Source: a virus. From it: 64,000 nt of DNA. Below the pieces are notes generated by a model. It saw only the letters and a list, made by a program, of their open reading frames with translations, was not told where the DNA came from and made no database searches. The stretch lies in IMG/VR virus record IMGVR_UViG_3300031707_002920, positions 21,904 to 85,903 of that record, one strand, 5' to 3'. The translations under genes and the position numbers were made by a program. This document shows, piece after piece, positions 45,198 through 56,158 of the stretch (the first letter of the stretch is position 1; the number at the start of each line of letters is the position of its first letter).

Positions 45198-46453
45198 GCG
45201 AGAAAACCCACGGTTTTAACCGTGGGATGAAAGCGAACCAGTACTATCTATTAAAAATAGTCATACTCTTTGTGCAAAATGTAGTATATTACCTCTAATG
45301 CGCAAAACTTTCAAATACCGATTATACCCCACCAAACTTCAAATCACCAAAATGAATAACATTTTGGAACAAACTCGTTGGGTCTACAATGAAACTCTTG
45401 CACTCAGAAAAAACGCCTGGGAAATTGAAAAGAAATCTATATCCCTTTATGATACAGCTAATAAACTTCCTGAATGGAAAGCCAATAAACCTGAGCTGAG
45501 TGACGTGTATTCTCAGGTACTTCAGAATGCCCAGATACGCGTAGATCTTGCTTTCAAAGCCTTCTGGAGACGCTGTAAATCTGGAGAGAACCCTGGTTTC
45601 CCTCGGTTCAAAGGAAAGGGATGGTACGACTCTATCACCTACCCCCAGTCTGGATTCAGACTTCACTCTGACGGAGTCTACCTCTCTAAAATAGACCGAG
45701 TTCCTATTGTTTTTCATAGACCTCTTGAGGGTACCATCAAAACCTGTACAGTTAAAAAGACTCCTACCGGAAAATGGTTTGTGTATTTCTCTTGTGAAAC
45801 AAAAAGACCAGAGTCCCTTCCAAAAACTGAGAAAATAGTTGGAATTGATCTTGGACTTCTCACCTACGTTCAATGTTCTGACGGGTCGAAGATAGATAAA
45901 CCTCGCTTTTTCAAACAGGAGCAAGAGGCTCTTGCTCAAGTTCAGAGAAGATTTTCTAAAAACAAGAGCCCCATAAACAAACACTCTGTAGCTCTTGTGC
46001 ATGAGCGCATTAGAAACAAGAGAGAGGACTTTTGCCACAAAGTTTCGAAAAAACTGGTTGATAAGTATGATTTTATCGCACATGAAAATCTGAACGTGAA
46101 AGATATGTTGGAGCAGAAGAAATTCAGTAAGAGTATCTCTGATGCTGCCTGGAGTACACTGATACAGTTTCTGATCTACAAAGCTGAAAACGCTGGTAGA
46201 ATCAGAGTAGCAGTGGACCCAAGGGGTACGAGTCAGAGATGCTCTCAGTGTGGGTCGGTGGTGAGTAAAGATTTAAGTGTTAGAGTACATCACTGTCCTC
46301 ATTGCGGTTTCAAAACGGGTAGAGACCTGAACTCTGCACTTGAAATACTCAGACTCGGGCTGGAGTCTGTTGAGCGACCCCCGCATCGCCGTAAGGCGAA
46401 AGCACTGGTGAGGGCTCATAGAAGCCCACGACTTTAGTCGTGGGAGCAGTCAC
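45188..46453 (+). mobile_element. IS200/IS605 element with tnpB only
   Basis: TTTAT target, terminal hairpins, TCAC right end. Confidence 0.9.
45298..46437 (+). CDS. tnpB: TnpB
   Basis: FKYRLYPT, GIDLGL, HENL, TSQRCSQCG..CPHCG, RDLNSA. Confidence 0.95.
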   Translation: MRKTFKYRLYPTKLQITKMNNILEQTRWVYNETLALRKNAWEIEKKSISLYDTANKLPEWKANKPELSDVYSQVLQNAQIRVDLAFKAFWRRCKSGENPGFPRFKGKGWYDSITYPQSGFRLHSDGVYLSKIDRVPIVFHRPLEGTIKTCTVKKTPTGKWFVYFSCETKRPESLPKTEKIVGIDLGLLTYVQCSDGSKIDKPRFFKQEQEALAQVQRRFSKNKSPINKHSVALVHERIRNKREDFCHKVSKKLVDKYDFIAHENLNVKDMLEQKKFSKSISDAAWSTLIQFLIYKAENAGRIRVAVDPRGTSQRCSQCGSVVSKDLSVRVHHCPHCGFKTGRDLNSALEILRLGLESVERPPHRRKAKALVRAHRSPRL

Positions 46454-46505
46454 ACAACATATATAGATATAGACATAAACAAACGAGAATTTTTGCTAAA
46501 GACAC

Positions 46506-46991
46506 ATGATGGGAAGTTGCATGGCAGGGACTTGTAAATATTGTGGTTTTAGCGGCACTCACGAAATGCTGGCAGATCATGCATGTCATTGTCCTGCTGA
46601 AACATCTCCATCTGACGCCATAGCGAAAAAGATGACGAATGTTAAGTTTATAGGAAGTTTTCAAGGACTTCTTGCAAAAGGACATATTTTTACAGTTACG
46701 TCGATACAAACGACCATTTACAAAAATAAAGAAAAGAGTGCTAATCGTAGATGTTGGGGTTGGTTTCCAACAGAAAAAGAAGCTAAGCACGCAGTCGACA
46801 TAAATGCAGGTGATATGATGGAAATATCTTATACGTATGTAGTCATTGAAAAGCATCCTGCAGGAATTTTAGTAGAACCTGTAGTAATTGCTTGGTATAA
46901 ATGGACAGGTCGATATCCCAAAGGCAAAATTTGGAAACGATGCAAAGCTCCAGAATGGGCTGAAGGTACAATTGGGTGGGGGTTTGGATGA
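46506..46991 (+). CDS. hypothetical protein
   Basis: ORF track; RCWGWF...E..Y.YVVIE phage-type motif. Confidence 0.65.
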   Translation: MMGSCMAGTCKYCGFSGTHEMLADHACHCPAETSPSDAIAKKMTNVKFIGSFQGLLAKGHIFTVTSIQTTIYKNKEKSANRRCWGWFPTEKEAKHAVDINAGDMMEISYTYVVIEKHPAGILVEPVVIAWYKWTGRYPKGKIWKRCKAPEWAEGTIGWGFG

Positions 46992-47758
46992 ATGTTGATG
47001 ACGTCGAATTACTTCTTAGATATCAAAAGACTACTACAGGTCGGCTAAAATTTGCCGCAGCAATTATAAATCCAATTAAAAATCAAATCTCAAAACTATC
47101 GCTGGCTAGAAAATTATTAAATACTTACAATCTCGTTGCCGGTCAATTGTCACCCGTTATTTTTGAAAATAGTCTATATCTCGGTGAAGAATGCACAATA
47201 CGTACTTCAAGTTGTGCGCGACAATATTTGCCAGAATTTGAGATTAATTACAGTTATTTTATACCCTTTAATATTCGCTACAACTGCAAGTGTTTACATA
47301 ATTTACTCCAAATTGATAATGAGATTTCTAAAAATATTGCAAAGACAGAATCTGATTCATGTGAAAAGATATTACACGCCTTTTATCAATCGACAAACGA
47401 AATTAATTCATGTAACATCCACGATCTAGTAAATTATAGATATATTTTTTGTAATAATTCTACTATATATGGTCAATTATTATTGAGTAATAATCGTCTA
47501 ATGACAATTATTAGATCAAATTTTGTTGAACCAGAAATTATATTTGCTATTAGCGATTTAGACGGTATAATTATAGATAGAAGATTAGAACCGGAAGTTT
47601 TACTAACTGATAATCCGGCTGAAACTTTACTTGGCTATACTTATGCTGAAACTATTGGGATGATGATTAAGCGACCAACAGAATGCGTAAAGTTTGTCGA
47701 TAAAGACATATACGAGCAAACACATACGAACAAATTTAAATGGATGGTGCATTCATGA
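46988..47758 (+). CDS. hypothetical protein, possible diverged major-capsid paralogue
   Basis: GRLKFAAAIINPIK...LARKLL, PEFEI, GY...E.IGM. Confidence 0.5.
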   Translation: MNVDDVELLLRYQKTTTGRLKFAAAIINPIKNQISKLSLARKLLNTYNLVAGQLSPVIFENSLYLGEECTIRTSSCARQYLPEFEINYSYFIPFNIRYNCKCLHNLLQIDNEISKNIAKTESDSCEKILHAFYQSTNEINSCNIHDLVNYRYIFCNNSTIYGQLLLSNNRLMTIIRSNFVEPEIIFAISDLDGIIIDRRLEPEVLLTDNPAETLLGYTYAETIGMMIKRPTECVKFVDKDIYEQTHTNKFKWMVHS

Positions 47759-48507
47759 AGATTCTGGGCGTTGACATTTCCTCGAGATCGACTGGTTGGT
47801 CGCTTTTAGATGGCGACAAGATACTTGATTTTGGTAAAGTAAATCCGACGGGTAAATTATCGTCTGCTAATAAATTGTTTTTATTCGCAGTTGAATTAAA
47901 GCGAATTATTGAAAGATGTAAGCCTGATGAAATTGCTATCGAAGATGTCGTGCAAGTGAAAAGCGTAAAAGTTGCAAAAATATTAGCGCGTTTTAACGGC
48001 GTGGCTATTATCGAATCGTATCGATATTTACAACGAGATCCTACTTTATTTGAACCTAGTGCATGGAAAAAGCAAATGGACAATTGTACAGGCGGTTCGA
48101 AGAAGAGCGAAGTTCAATTAGCTGTCTGTAGGAAATATAAATTTCTAACTAGTGACAGGTTACAATATTTTCAAGAAAAAATCGATGCTGCTAGATCAAA
48201 ATTTAAAGATTCAAATGAAGAATCAGGTAATAGTCTTAAAGACTTAAAAAAGCAACTAAAGAAGTGCCTTAAAAAAGATCCAGATAATAAAAACAAGATT
48301 AGTGAATTAACGAAACAAATTGAAAGCGCATCGAATATTTCTACTAAAAGTAGAAAGTTAAAAAAGAAAGAAATGAATGAAGCGTTTGATAAAATTAGTA
48401 TGGACATCTATACAGAATCTTCAATAAATGAAGATATAGCAGATTCTATAGGTGTTGCTTACGCATTTCAGAAGCTTGGTTCAAGTCAATCAAGGGATGA
48501 AGAATGA
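47755..48507 (+). CDS. ruvC: RuvC-like Holliday junction resolvase
   Basis: ILGVDISSRSTGW, IAIED, P..WKK, EDIADSIGVA. Confidence 0.85.
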   Translation: MKILGVDISSRSTGWSLLDGDKILDFGKVNPTGKLSSANKLFLFAVELKRIIERCKPDEIAIEDVVQVKSVKVAKILARFNGVAIIESYRYLQRDPTLFEPSAWKKQMDNCTGGSKKSEVQLAVCRKYKFLTSDRLQYFQEKIDAARSKFKDSNEESGNSLKDLKKQLKKCLKKDPDNKNKISELTKQIESASNISTKSRKLKKKEMNEAFDKISMDIYTESSINEDIADSIGVAYAFQKLGSSQSRDEE

Positions 48508-49565
48508 TTCGAGATGAATATAGCCCGTATAAAGTAGTTCACCATCCAGAAAAAATTGCGCAATTAAAAAATAAACAGCAAACTTATCCTATACAGGTTC
48601 AATTAGTACCTACTAATGAATGCTGTCAGTCGTGCACATTTTGTGCATACCGCATGAAAGACTACCCGTCAAATGAACGATTTAATGATAAAGATACGTT
48701 ATCGTATGAAAAAATAGTCGAAACATTAGATTGTATGAAAGAAATGAATGTAAAAGCGATACATATCACGGGCGGTGGAGAACCATTAGTTCATCCGAGG
48801 ATATACGACATATTTAAAGCTACAAATGATAAGACGGTAGAGTTAGCATTAGTGTCAAATGGCCAATTATTGACCGAACAAATGTGTGAATTGTTGGGCA
48901 ACGCTTCATGGGTTAGGATTTCTATAGATTGCTTTTCACCAAAGCTATATGCATTTTTAAGAAATGTGCACCAAAATATATATGATAGAGTCATAAACAA
49001 TATTAAATTGCTCGTTAAATATCGACAATCTTGTATATTGGGTATAGGTTTTGTAGTTGAGCGAGAAAATTATAAAGAAATATACGATGCCGCAAAATTC
49101 TTTAAAGATATCGGCGTCGATAACTTTAGAATATCAGCTGCATTTACACCCATGGGTTATGAATATTTTAGCGGATTTGAACAAGAAGCTAGAGATTTAG
49201 CAAAAAGAGCTGAAAGTCTGTCTGACAATAATTTTACGGTATTTAACTTGTTCAATGACAGAGTTCGTGATTGCTTCGAAGGCACTCAAAATTATGCATT
49301 TTGTCCCACAAAAGAGTTACTGACGTACGTGGGTGCTGATTATAATGTGTACACATGTTGTACGTTTGCTTATAATTCTCTTGGATATATTGGTTCGATA
49401 AAAAATCAATCTTTCAAGCAATTATGGGACAGCGACCAAAAACAGATGTTATTTGCAAAACACGTGCCCGCACAAAATTGCAAGTGCGTGTGTATGTATA
49501 AAAATAAAAATGATTTCATAAACTATTGTATTAAGCGTGACGCTAGACACATTAACTTCATATGA
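48504..49565 (+). CDS. radical SAM/SPASM protein
   Basis: CCQSCTFC (CX3CX2C), GGGEP, SNG, C.....GAD..VY.CC. Confidence 0.9.
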   Translation: MIRDEYSPYKVVHHPEKIAQLKNKQQTYPIQVQLVPTNECCQSCTFCAYRMKDYPSNERFNDKDTLSYEKIVETLDCMKEMNVKAIHITGGGEPLVHPRIYDIFKATNDKTVELALVSNGQLLTEQMCELLGNASWVRISIDCFSPKLYAFLRNVHQNIYDRVINNIKLLVKYRQSCILGIGFVVERENYKEIYDAAKFFKDIGVDNFRISAAFTPMGYEYFSGFEQEARDLAKRAESLSDNNFTVFNLFNDRVRDCFEGTQNYAFCPTKELLTYVGADYNVYTCCTFAYNSLGYIGSIKNQSFKQLWDSDQKQMLFAKHVPAQNCKCVCMYKNKNDFINYCIKRDARHINFI

Positions 49566-50173
49566 TAGATTTAAGACGACATTGGCAAAATGTACACGTG
49601 ACAGGAAATACGTATTGGTTGACGGGATCTAATCCCGAGTATGTATATGACGTTCACCACCTGTCTGATTTGTTAAAAAACAAAGATTTGAATATAACAG
49701 AGATTGGTATTGGCAAAGGCGATTCTATTAAGTATTTAGCGGCGTTTAATAACGTTATTGCTATCGACATTGTGCCCGATGCATTTGAAAAAATCGCTAA
49801 CTGTAGCAGGACAATTTTAATTAACGATTTTAATATTGTAGAATCTAACTCTCAAGATTTAATATTATGTCATTTAGTTATACAACATTGTTCTAAAGAC
49901 ATGGTTCGACACTTAATAAATAATTCTATTAGATGTCTTAAAAAACAAGGCATCTTTTCGTTCCAATTTGCATATTTGCCAAATGATTGTAATATGATTG
50001 AAGATCATAAAAAATATATTGAAGACGGACTGCTTTATTTTTATTCTTTACACGAGATAATACAAATCGTAAAAGAGTTTAATGGCAAGATTGATGACGT
50101 GTTTGGACCGATAATACATAAATTGGAATCTAACATTCATTGGTATATTGTGCATTGTAAAATAGAAATGTGA
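49562..50173 (+). CDS. class I SAM methyltransferase
   Basis: EIGIGKG, DLILCHLVIQH, LKKQGIF. Confidence 0.85.
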   Translation: MIDLRRHWQNVHVTGNTYWLTGSNPEYVYDVHHLSDLLKNKDLNITEIGIGKGDSIKYLAAFNNVIAIDIVPDAFEKIANCSRTILINDFNIVESNSQDLILCHLVIQHCSKDMVRHLINNSIRCLKKQGIFSFQFAYLPNDCNMIEDHKKYIEDGLLYFYSLHEIIQIVKEFNGKIDDVFGPIIHKLESNIHWYIVHCKIEM

Positions 50174-50649
50174 TTATGGACGGCACAAACGAGTTTATAC
50201 GGCAGCACGTAATGCCCAATGATAGTGTGCTGGACATCGGTTGTGGTGATAAGCATCGGACTGCTTATTTGACGGATAATAAAGTCGTGTCGCTCGATGC
50301 TTGGGAAAAAGTTAATCCTGACATATTGTTAGATTTAGAAGTCAGTTCATTACCGTTTAAAGAAAATTCGTTCGATGTCATTCTAATGATAGACTTTATC
50401 GAACATCTTAGCAAAATTTCAGGCAAGCGCATATTAGAAGAAGCTTATAAGATTTGTCGAAAAAAGATTATATTGTTAACGCCGTTGTGGTGGTCGGATA
50501 ATTCTGAAAATGTCAATAATCCGGCTTTGTGGTGTTATAAAAATCAGTTTGATTATCATAAAAGCTTATGGACAGTCGAAGATTTTTCAAGTTGGACGTC
50601 AATACCTTGTGGACAATATTACTTGGGAATTTGGTACAAAGTAAAATGA
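50170..50649 (+). CDS. class I SAM methyltransferase
   Basis: VLDIGCG, LPF.ENSFDVI...DFIEHL. Confidence 0.85.
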   Translation: MIMDGTNEFIRQHVMPNDSVLDIGCGDKHRTAYLTDNKVVSLDAWEKVNPDILLDLEVSSLPFKENSFDVILMIDFIEHLSKISGKRILEEAYKICRKKIILLTPLWWSDNSENVNNPALWCYKNQFDYHKSLWTVEDFSSWTSIPCGQYYLGIWYKVK

Positions 50650-51801
50650 AAATGATAACGGGCCGCAATCCACGGCATTTTAATGCCGGTGGTTAGGCCC
50701 CCAAGATTATTGATTTTTCTCAAGCGATTGCGTATATTTAAACTATGGCAAAAAGAAAAAATCCAAATAAATTCGGCAAATCAGTGTCCAGTTCTGGGCA
50801 CTATCAACTTCGACGACAAATCTCTTACAAAAGCAGTATATGCGGTAGGAGATTTTTAGAAATTGATTCACGAAATTCCACCAGGATTTGTTCGTACTGT
50901 GGGTCCTTAACTGGCCCTACTGGATGGACAGGACTGTCGGTAAGAGAATGGGTGTGTTCGGCTTGTGGTGCCGTATTGGATCGAGATGTAAACTCGGCCA
51001 TAAACACCCTTATCGGGGCGGGTGCCGCCCACGAGGTGCTACATGCAGCAGCATGATTGCAGTCAAGAATCTGCGGGGATTTATCCCCGGCAGAGGCTCA
51101 AATATAGTTTTATAATGCCATATTACAATCGCGAGAGTTTAGAATATACGTTATTGTCATTTAAATGTTTATATGAGCATCGACACGACTTTGAAGTCAT
51201 CGTAGTCGAAGAGAAGAAAAATGTGATGAATGATGAGTATCATAGTAAATTAATGAATATAATTTCTATATTTAACGAAATAATGTCGATTCAGCATTTG
51301 ACGTATTTAACGGCAGAATTGTTTAATCCTTCGCCGTTGTTTAATTTAGGCGTCGATCATGCTAAAGGTCAGTATATGGTATTGACTAATCCTGAGTGTT
51401 ATCATGCTGCAGATATATTACAAGGTTTTGACGAAGAATTTGATAAAAATAGTAATTGTTATGTAGTTTGTTCGTGTATTAACGTCATCCAATGTGCATC
51501 CAAAGATTTTGTCCAACAACAGTGGCTTCAACATTCTATTCACAATAATAGACTTTTACATTTTTGTTCGTGTATTTCTAGAGAAAATTATATTAAAATC
51601 GGCGGATTTGATGAAGAATACGCAAAAGGTATTGCTTATGATGATGATGATTTTAGAAACACAGTCCAAATAAATAATATACAAATAATACCTCGTGACG
51701 ATTTATTGATTTATCATATTAGTCACGATGTCAAATATCAATACAACGTTGATTTATGGAATGTTAATGCAAAATATTATGTAAGCAAGTGGCAAAGATA
51801 A
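50646..51801 (+). pseudogene. glycosyltransferase family 2 with IS miniature after codon 3 (could restart at ATG 51115)
   Basis: Removing 50657-51101 gives MKMIYSFIMPYYNR...; GGFDEEY, YDDDDF. Confidence 0.75.
50657..51101 (+). mobile_element. internally deleted IS200/IS605 element with tnpB 3' remnant (50745-51056)
   Basis: After ATGAT; terminal hairpins; ends TCAA; STRICSYCG..CSACG..DRDVNSAIN. Confidence 0.85.
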
Positions 51802-52520
51802 TGATAGACATTTACATGACAAGTTTTTTTAGAAAGCATTTTACAGTTGAAGCTGTGAAGAAAATTCACAATAGGACTGAATCTGGTACTTTTCAAATTC
51901 ATATTTTTGATAATGGCAGCGACTTTGAAACACAGTGTGAGCTCTTTAAACTTTTACAGACAAAATTAATAGTGTCATTACATTTAGATTCTAGAAATAC
52001 TGGTTGTCTTTATAACAAATTAATTTTTAATTCTATGACAGAATCGACAAGTAAATATTATGTAGTAACAGATAATGATGTTTTACCGCCCGACTTAAAA
52101 CCTTCGTGGTTAACGCAGATGATTAATATCATGGATAATCATCTCGAATTAGCATTTTTAGCGCCGCAATTACCACCGGTCAGTTTACAACAACCGTACG
52201 AGATACATGATGATATTGTTTATTGTCAAGCTGTCGGTAACACGTTTAAATTAGTTAGGCGAGATACTTTTCCGATAATTGAACAAAAATTAGACGCTTT
52301 CGGAGATGATGGATTAGTTTGTAAAATAGTCGCCGGACAAAAAATGAAAGTCGCATTTTGCAAAAATATATTTTGCTGGCATGCAGGACAATGTACTAAT
52401 TGGGGATATAATACGAGCGAATTAGCGTTAGATAAACGAAAATGCGGTTATGGACAACCGTTTATTTATCAACCTGTAAATGAATTAACATACGAACCGC
52501 CTGCACATTTAAAGCTTTAA
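51801..52520 (+). CDS. glycosyltransferase family 2-like
   Basis: IDIYMTSFFR, FDNGS, VTDND. Confidence 0.75.
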   Translation: MIDIYMTSFFRKHFTVEAVKKIHNRTESGTFQIHIFDNGSDFETQCELFKLLQTKLIVSLHLDSRNTGCLYNKLIFNSMTESTSKYYVVTDNDVLPPDLKPSWLTQMINIMDNHLELAFLAPQLPPVSLQQPYEIHDDIVYCQAVGNTFKLVRRDTFPIIEQKLDAFGDDGLVCKIVAGQKMKVAFCKNIFCWHAGQCTNWGYNTSELALDKRKCGYGQPFIYQPVNELTYEPPAHLKL

Positions 52521-52550
52521 ATAGTTAAATAAACTGATTTGATATTAGTG

Positions 52551-52579
52551 AAAGCAGATGAAAAACATCTGCTTTTTTT
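52551..52579 (+). terminator. intrinsic terminator
   Basis: AAAGCAGATG-AAAAA-CATCTGCTTTTTT. Confidence 0.75.
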
Positions 52580-52606
52580 ATGTGAATTTGAAGAGAAAAT
52601 TTAAAT

Positions 52607-52993
52607 ATGATTATTAATATGAAAACGGAAAAACTTAAAATTAGTGAAGACGGCACCGTTCCATTAATAATAAACGACGTAAAAGTCACATATGCAGAAA
52701 GTGAATTGAATACTAATTGGTTACTTAACAAAATACTTTGTGCTAAAAATTTGCAAATTACGCAAATTGACGATAAACAATTGCAAAAATTTTTAGAAAT
52801 TCTTTGCATTAGTAAACTAAAAATGCCAGATGGAACTGACTCATTAGAGTGGTTGAAGAAACGTATAGCTAAACGGTATGAACAATCTCAAAACCAACGA
52901 GGAATGACGTGGGACATTATTTCTCATAGATATCGATTTATACTTGAACAAATCGACATACTGCTGGCTACAAGAAGTGTAAATGATAGTTAA
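52607..52993 (+). CDS. hypothetical protein
   Basis: ORF track. Confidence 0.6.
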   Translation: MIINMKTEKLKISEDGTVPLIINDVKVTYAESELNTNWLLNKILCAKNLQITQIDDKQLQKFLEILCISKLKMPDGTDSLEWLKKRIAKRYEQSQNQRGMTWDIISHRYRFILEQIDILLATRSVNDS

Positions 52994-53057
52994 AATCGAG
53001 TTTATCAAAATTGTAATTATGTTACAAAAATTAATTAAAATTTAACAATTTGTAAAC

Positions 53058-55652
53058 ATGGGAGAAATGATGATTTTTAAGACGGCGATTGCGTATGAAA
53101 ATTGGCGCAAAAAATATAGATATAAAGACGAACAACCAATTGAAACGTTCATGCGATGTGCGAAGGCATTAGCTGCTATCGAAAATGATCCTCAAAAATG
53201 GTATAAGCAATTTCTTAAAGTGCTACTTAAATTTGACGGTGATATAGAAATTGATGAAAAAGGTTATCCTAATAAATACCCTGTCGGATTAAATGCGACT
53301 CTTGGCGGTCGAATCACCGCTAATATCGGTACTTCATTTAAAAATGCCACATTGATGAATTGCTTTGTAAATGGCCCGGTTTCAGGCGCTACAATTAACT
53401 ACAATAGAAAATCTGTAGATAAAACTATCAATTATGATGTTACGATTAAGACTGATGAAAATACAGATGATTTGTCTAATATTTTTCTTACGATTTTAGA
53501 ACAAGCAAAAACGCTTGCAGCTGAAGGTGGTTATGGCATTAACTTCGGCTTCATTCGACCTCGTGGTGCGATAATCAAAGGTACTGGAGTAAAGCATCCT
53601 GGCGTACTGTCGTATATGAAATTATGGGATTCAGTTTCAAATTGTATGGTAAAAGGTAACGATGACGGATATATTGATAAATTAAAAAACTATTTGTCAA
53701 ATGAACAAATTGAAGATTCAAAAATTGTAATTAAAAGTATGACAAGGCGCGGAGCTATGATGGGATGCTTACCCGTATGGCACCCAGACATCGAAGAATT
53801 TGTAAAAGCAAAACAGACTAAAGGTGTATTGACGAAGTTTAATATATCTGTACTGATTGATGACAAGTTCATGAATGCAGTTTTAAACGATGATTTTTAC
53901 GATTTGTTTTTTAAAGACAAAGTTTATAAAAAAATTAAAGCTCGTGATCTTTATGATTTAATAACATTGTCGACATATAATAGAGCTGAACCAGGTGTAC
54001 TTTTTTATGATAACATGCAGAAAAACAATCCGGTGTCATACTTAGGATCGTGCAGTGCTACAAATCCCTGCGGTGAAGTTCCGGGCATAGGTGACATTAC
54101 AACTGTTTGTTTGCTTGGCTCTTTAAATGTTACACAATACATTTATATCGATTCTGATAAGACAGTAAAATTTGATTATGATAAATATATCGCTGACATT
54201 ATGGTGTTCGTAAGAATGCTCGATAATGTTAACGATATAACAAGCGCACCTTTACCATCATATAAATATGTTATCAAAAAATTGAGACAATTCGGTATGG
54301 GGCTTAATGGTCTTGGATCGGCATTAATGATGATGGGAATACCATATAATTCAGATAAAGCTGTACAATTTACAAAGAAATTATGTGAATTAAAAGAAAA
54401 TTATACGTGGCAAGCATCAGCTTCATTAGCAAACGAAAAGGGCCAGTGTGAAGCATATGATGCAGAGAAATTTCAAAACACAAAATATTTTAAATCAGAT
54501 CGACTGTGGGAAGAAACCAAAGATTTGATTCGAAAATATGGTGTAAGAAACGCTAAAACCACAACAAACCCACCGCTGGGCAACAGCTCTGTCGTTTGCG
54601 ATAATGTGTCTAATGCAATTGAACCAGTATTTTCTCTGCAATACGAACGCAAGACCGTGTGCAAATGGCCTGAAGGACTTAATGAAGATAATGTGAAAGA
54701 CACATTAAAACATTGTAAAGAAAAAGATTATGAATATTGGAAAGGCACTTATAATAATGCGACATATTATTATGAACCTCATAATAGAGGACTTTGTGAA
54801 ATTAATATCGTAAGAGATTACGGTTATCAATGGTTATTAGATAATTTTCCAAATAAAGATCATTCTTCATATTTAGTGACCACGAGAGATCTTTCAGCTA
54901 AAAATCATATTGACATTCAACACATTGTTCAATATTATTGCAATCAATCAGTATCAAAAACTTGCAATTTGCCAAAAGATTATCCATTTGAAGATTTTAA
55001 ACAACTATATATTGAAGCTTGGAAAAATGAATTAAACGGTTTTACTGTTTACCGCGATAGTTGCATGGAATCTGTTATCTCGAGCTTAGAAGATGCTAAT
55101 AGAGAACAAAAAATAATAAGCAAAGATATTAAATTACCAGAAGAATTTCTTAATGGACCATGTCGTATTATTAAACGTGAAGGTATGAAATTCTACATTC
55201 ATTTCAGTTATTTACCAGAAGATCCCGAAATGAAATATCCAATTTGTTTATGGATATATAGCAATTCGAAAGAAGTGGGCAGGACAAAAGTTTGTAATAA
55301 TGCTGCTAGGAAATTAGCTCAATTAGCGCTTCAAAAGGGAATTACGATTGAAATAATTCAACAATGTATCGATAAGGCACGTACAGATTATTCTTATAAT
55401 AGATTGGGTAGAATGATATCGTTGTGCTTGCGTCACAATATTAAACGTGAAGAGATATTAGTCACATTAAAAGGTATTGAAGGCGATAATGTTTCGACAT
55501 TATTGACCGCCGTTAGAAAATTTATTGCATTAACAATCAAAGACGGCACTTTACTTAAAGGCATGATTTGTGAAGAATGTAAAGGAGACAAAATAATACT
55601 TGAAACAGGATGTTATAAGTGTCAAGATTGTGGTGCGAGCGTTTGCGGATAA
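53058..55652 (+). CDS. nrdJ: class II (B12-dependent) ribonucleotide reductase
   Basis: NCFV, RRGAMM, AEPG, TNPCGE, CLLGS, SVSKT.N, C-terminal Zn ribbon; no nrdB adjacent. Confidence 0.88.
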   Translation: MGEMMIFKTAIAYENWRKKYRYKDEQPIETFMRCAKALAAIENDPQKWYKQFLKVLLKFDGDIEIDEKGYPNKYPVGLNATLGGRITANIGTSFKNATLMNCFVNGPVSGATINYNRKSVDKTINYDVTIKTDENTDDLSNIFLTILEQAKTLAAEGGYGINFGFIRPRGAIIKGTGVKHPGVLSYMKLWDSVSNCMVKGNDDGYIDKLKNYLSNEQIEDSKIVIKSMTRRGAMMGCLPVWHPDIEEFVKAKQTKGVLTKFNISVLIDDKFMNAVLNDDFYDLFFKDKVYKKIKARDLYDLITLSTYNRAEPGVLFYDNMQKNNPVSYLGSCSATNPCGEVPGIGDITTVCLLGSLNVTQYIYIDSDKTVKFDYDKYIADIMVFVRMLDNVNDITSAPLPSYKYVIKKLRQFGMGLNGLGSALMMMGIPYNSDKAVQFTKKLCELKENYTWQASASLANEKGQCEAYDAEKFQNTKYFKSDRLWEETKDLIRKYGVRNAKTTTNPPLGNSSVVCDNVSNAIEPVFSLQYERKTVCKWPEGLNEDNVKDTLKHCKEKDYEYWKGTYNNATYYYEPHNRGLCEINIVRDYGYQWLLDNFPNKDHSSYLVTTRDLSAKNHIDIQHIVQYYCNQSVSKTCNLPKDYPFEDFKQLYIEAWKNELNGFTVYRDSCMESVISSLEDANREQKIISKDIKLPEEFLNGPCRIIKREGMKFYIHFSYLPEDPEMKYPICLWIYSNSKEVGRTKVCNNAARKLAQLALQKGITIEIIQQCIDKARTDYSYNRLGRMISLCLRHNIKREEILVTLKGIEGDNVSTLLTAVRKFIALTIKDGTLLKGMICEECKGDKIILETGCYKCQDCGASVCG

Positions 55653-55672
55653 ATTAAAACGAAAGGACGAAT

Positions 55673-56158
55673 ATGTACGTAAAAAAGATGTTTGCAGATG
55701 CAAAATTACCAGAAAGATGTCACTCTACAGATTCAGGTGCAGATGTATTCGTTTATCGATTTGAGAAATTATTTGGTTTGCATCAAATTAGAGAAGACGA
55801 CGACTTACACAATCAAAAGAGTTTAATATTGCGCCCGTTAGAGCGCGTGCTTATTCATACCGGTATAATTGTGACTTATGGGAAAGGATATGAAATTCAA
55901 GTACGACCTCGAAGCGGTAATGCTTTAAAGCGCGGATTGACTATTTTGAACACGCCAGGGACAATCGATGAATCATATAGAGGTTTAGTCGGAGTTATAA
56001 TTGTTAATGTCGGAAATGATATTCAAGAGATCAATGTCGGGGAAAAAATTGCTCAATTAGTTGTTTGTCCGGTTATTACATCTGACATTATAGAAGTTGA
56101 TGACATTGACAAGACGACCAGAAATGATAAAGGTTTTGGTAGTTCAGGAAACATTTAA
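55673..56158 (+). CDS. dut: trimeric dUTPase
   Basis: GAD, RPRSG, PGTIDE.YRG, IAQLV, R...GFGSSG. Confidence 0.95.
   Translation: MYVKKMFADAKLPERCHSTDSGADVFVYRFEKLFGLHQIREDDDLHNQKSLILRPLERVLIHTGIIVTYGKGYEIQVRPRSGNALKRGLTILNTPGTIDESYRGLVGVIIVNVGNDIQEINVGEKIAQLVVCPVITSDIIEVDDIDKTTRNDKGFGSSGNI

Noticed and set aside
45322-46083. 253-aa minus-strand ORF
   Set aside because: Antisense to a clear tnpB; other minus-strand ORFs in the window are likewise shadows of + strand genes.
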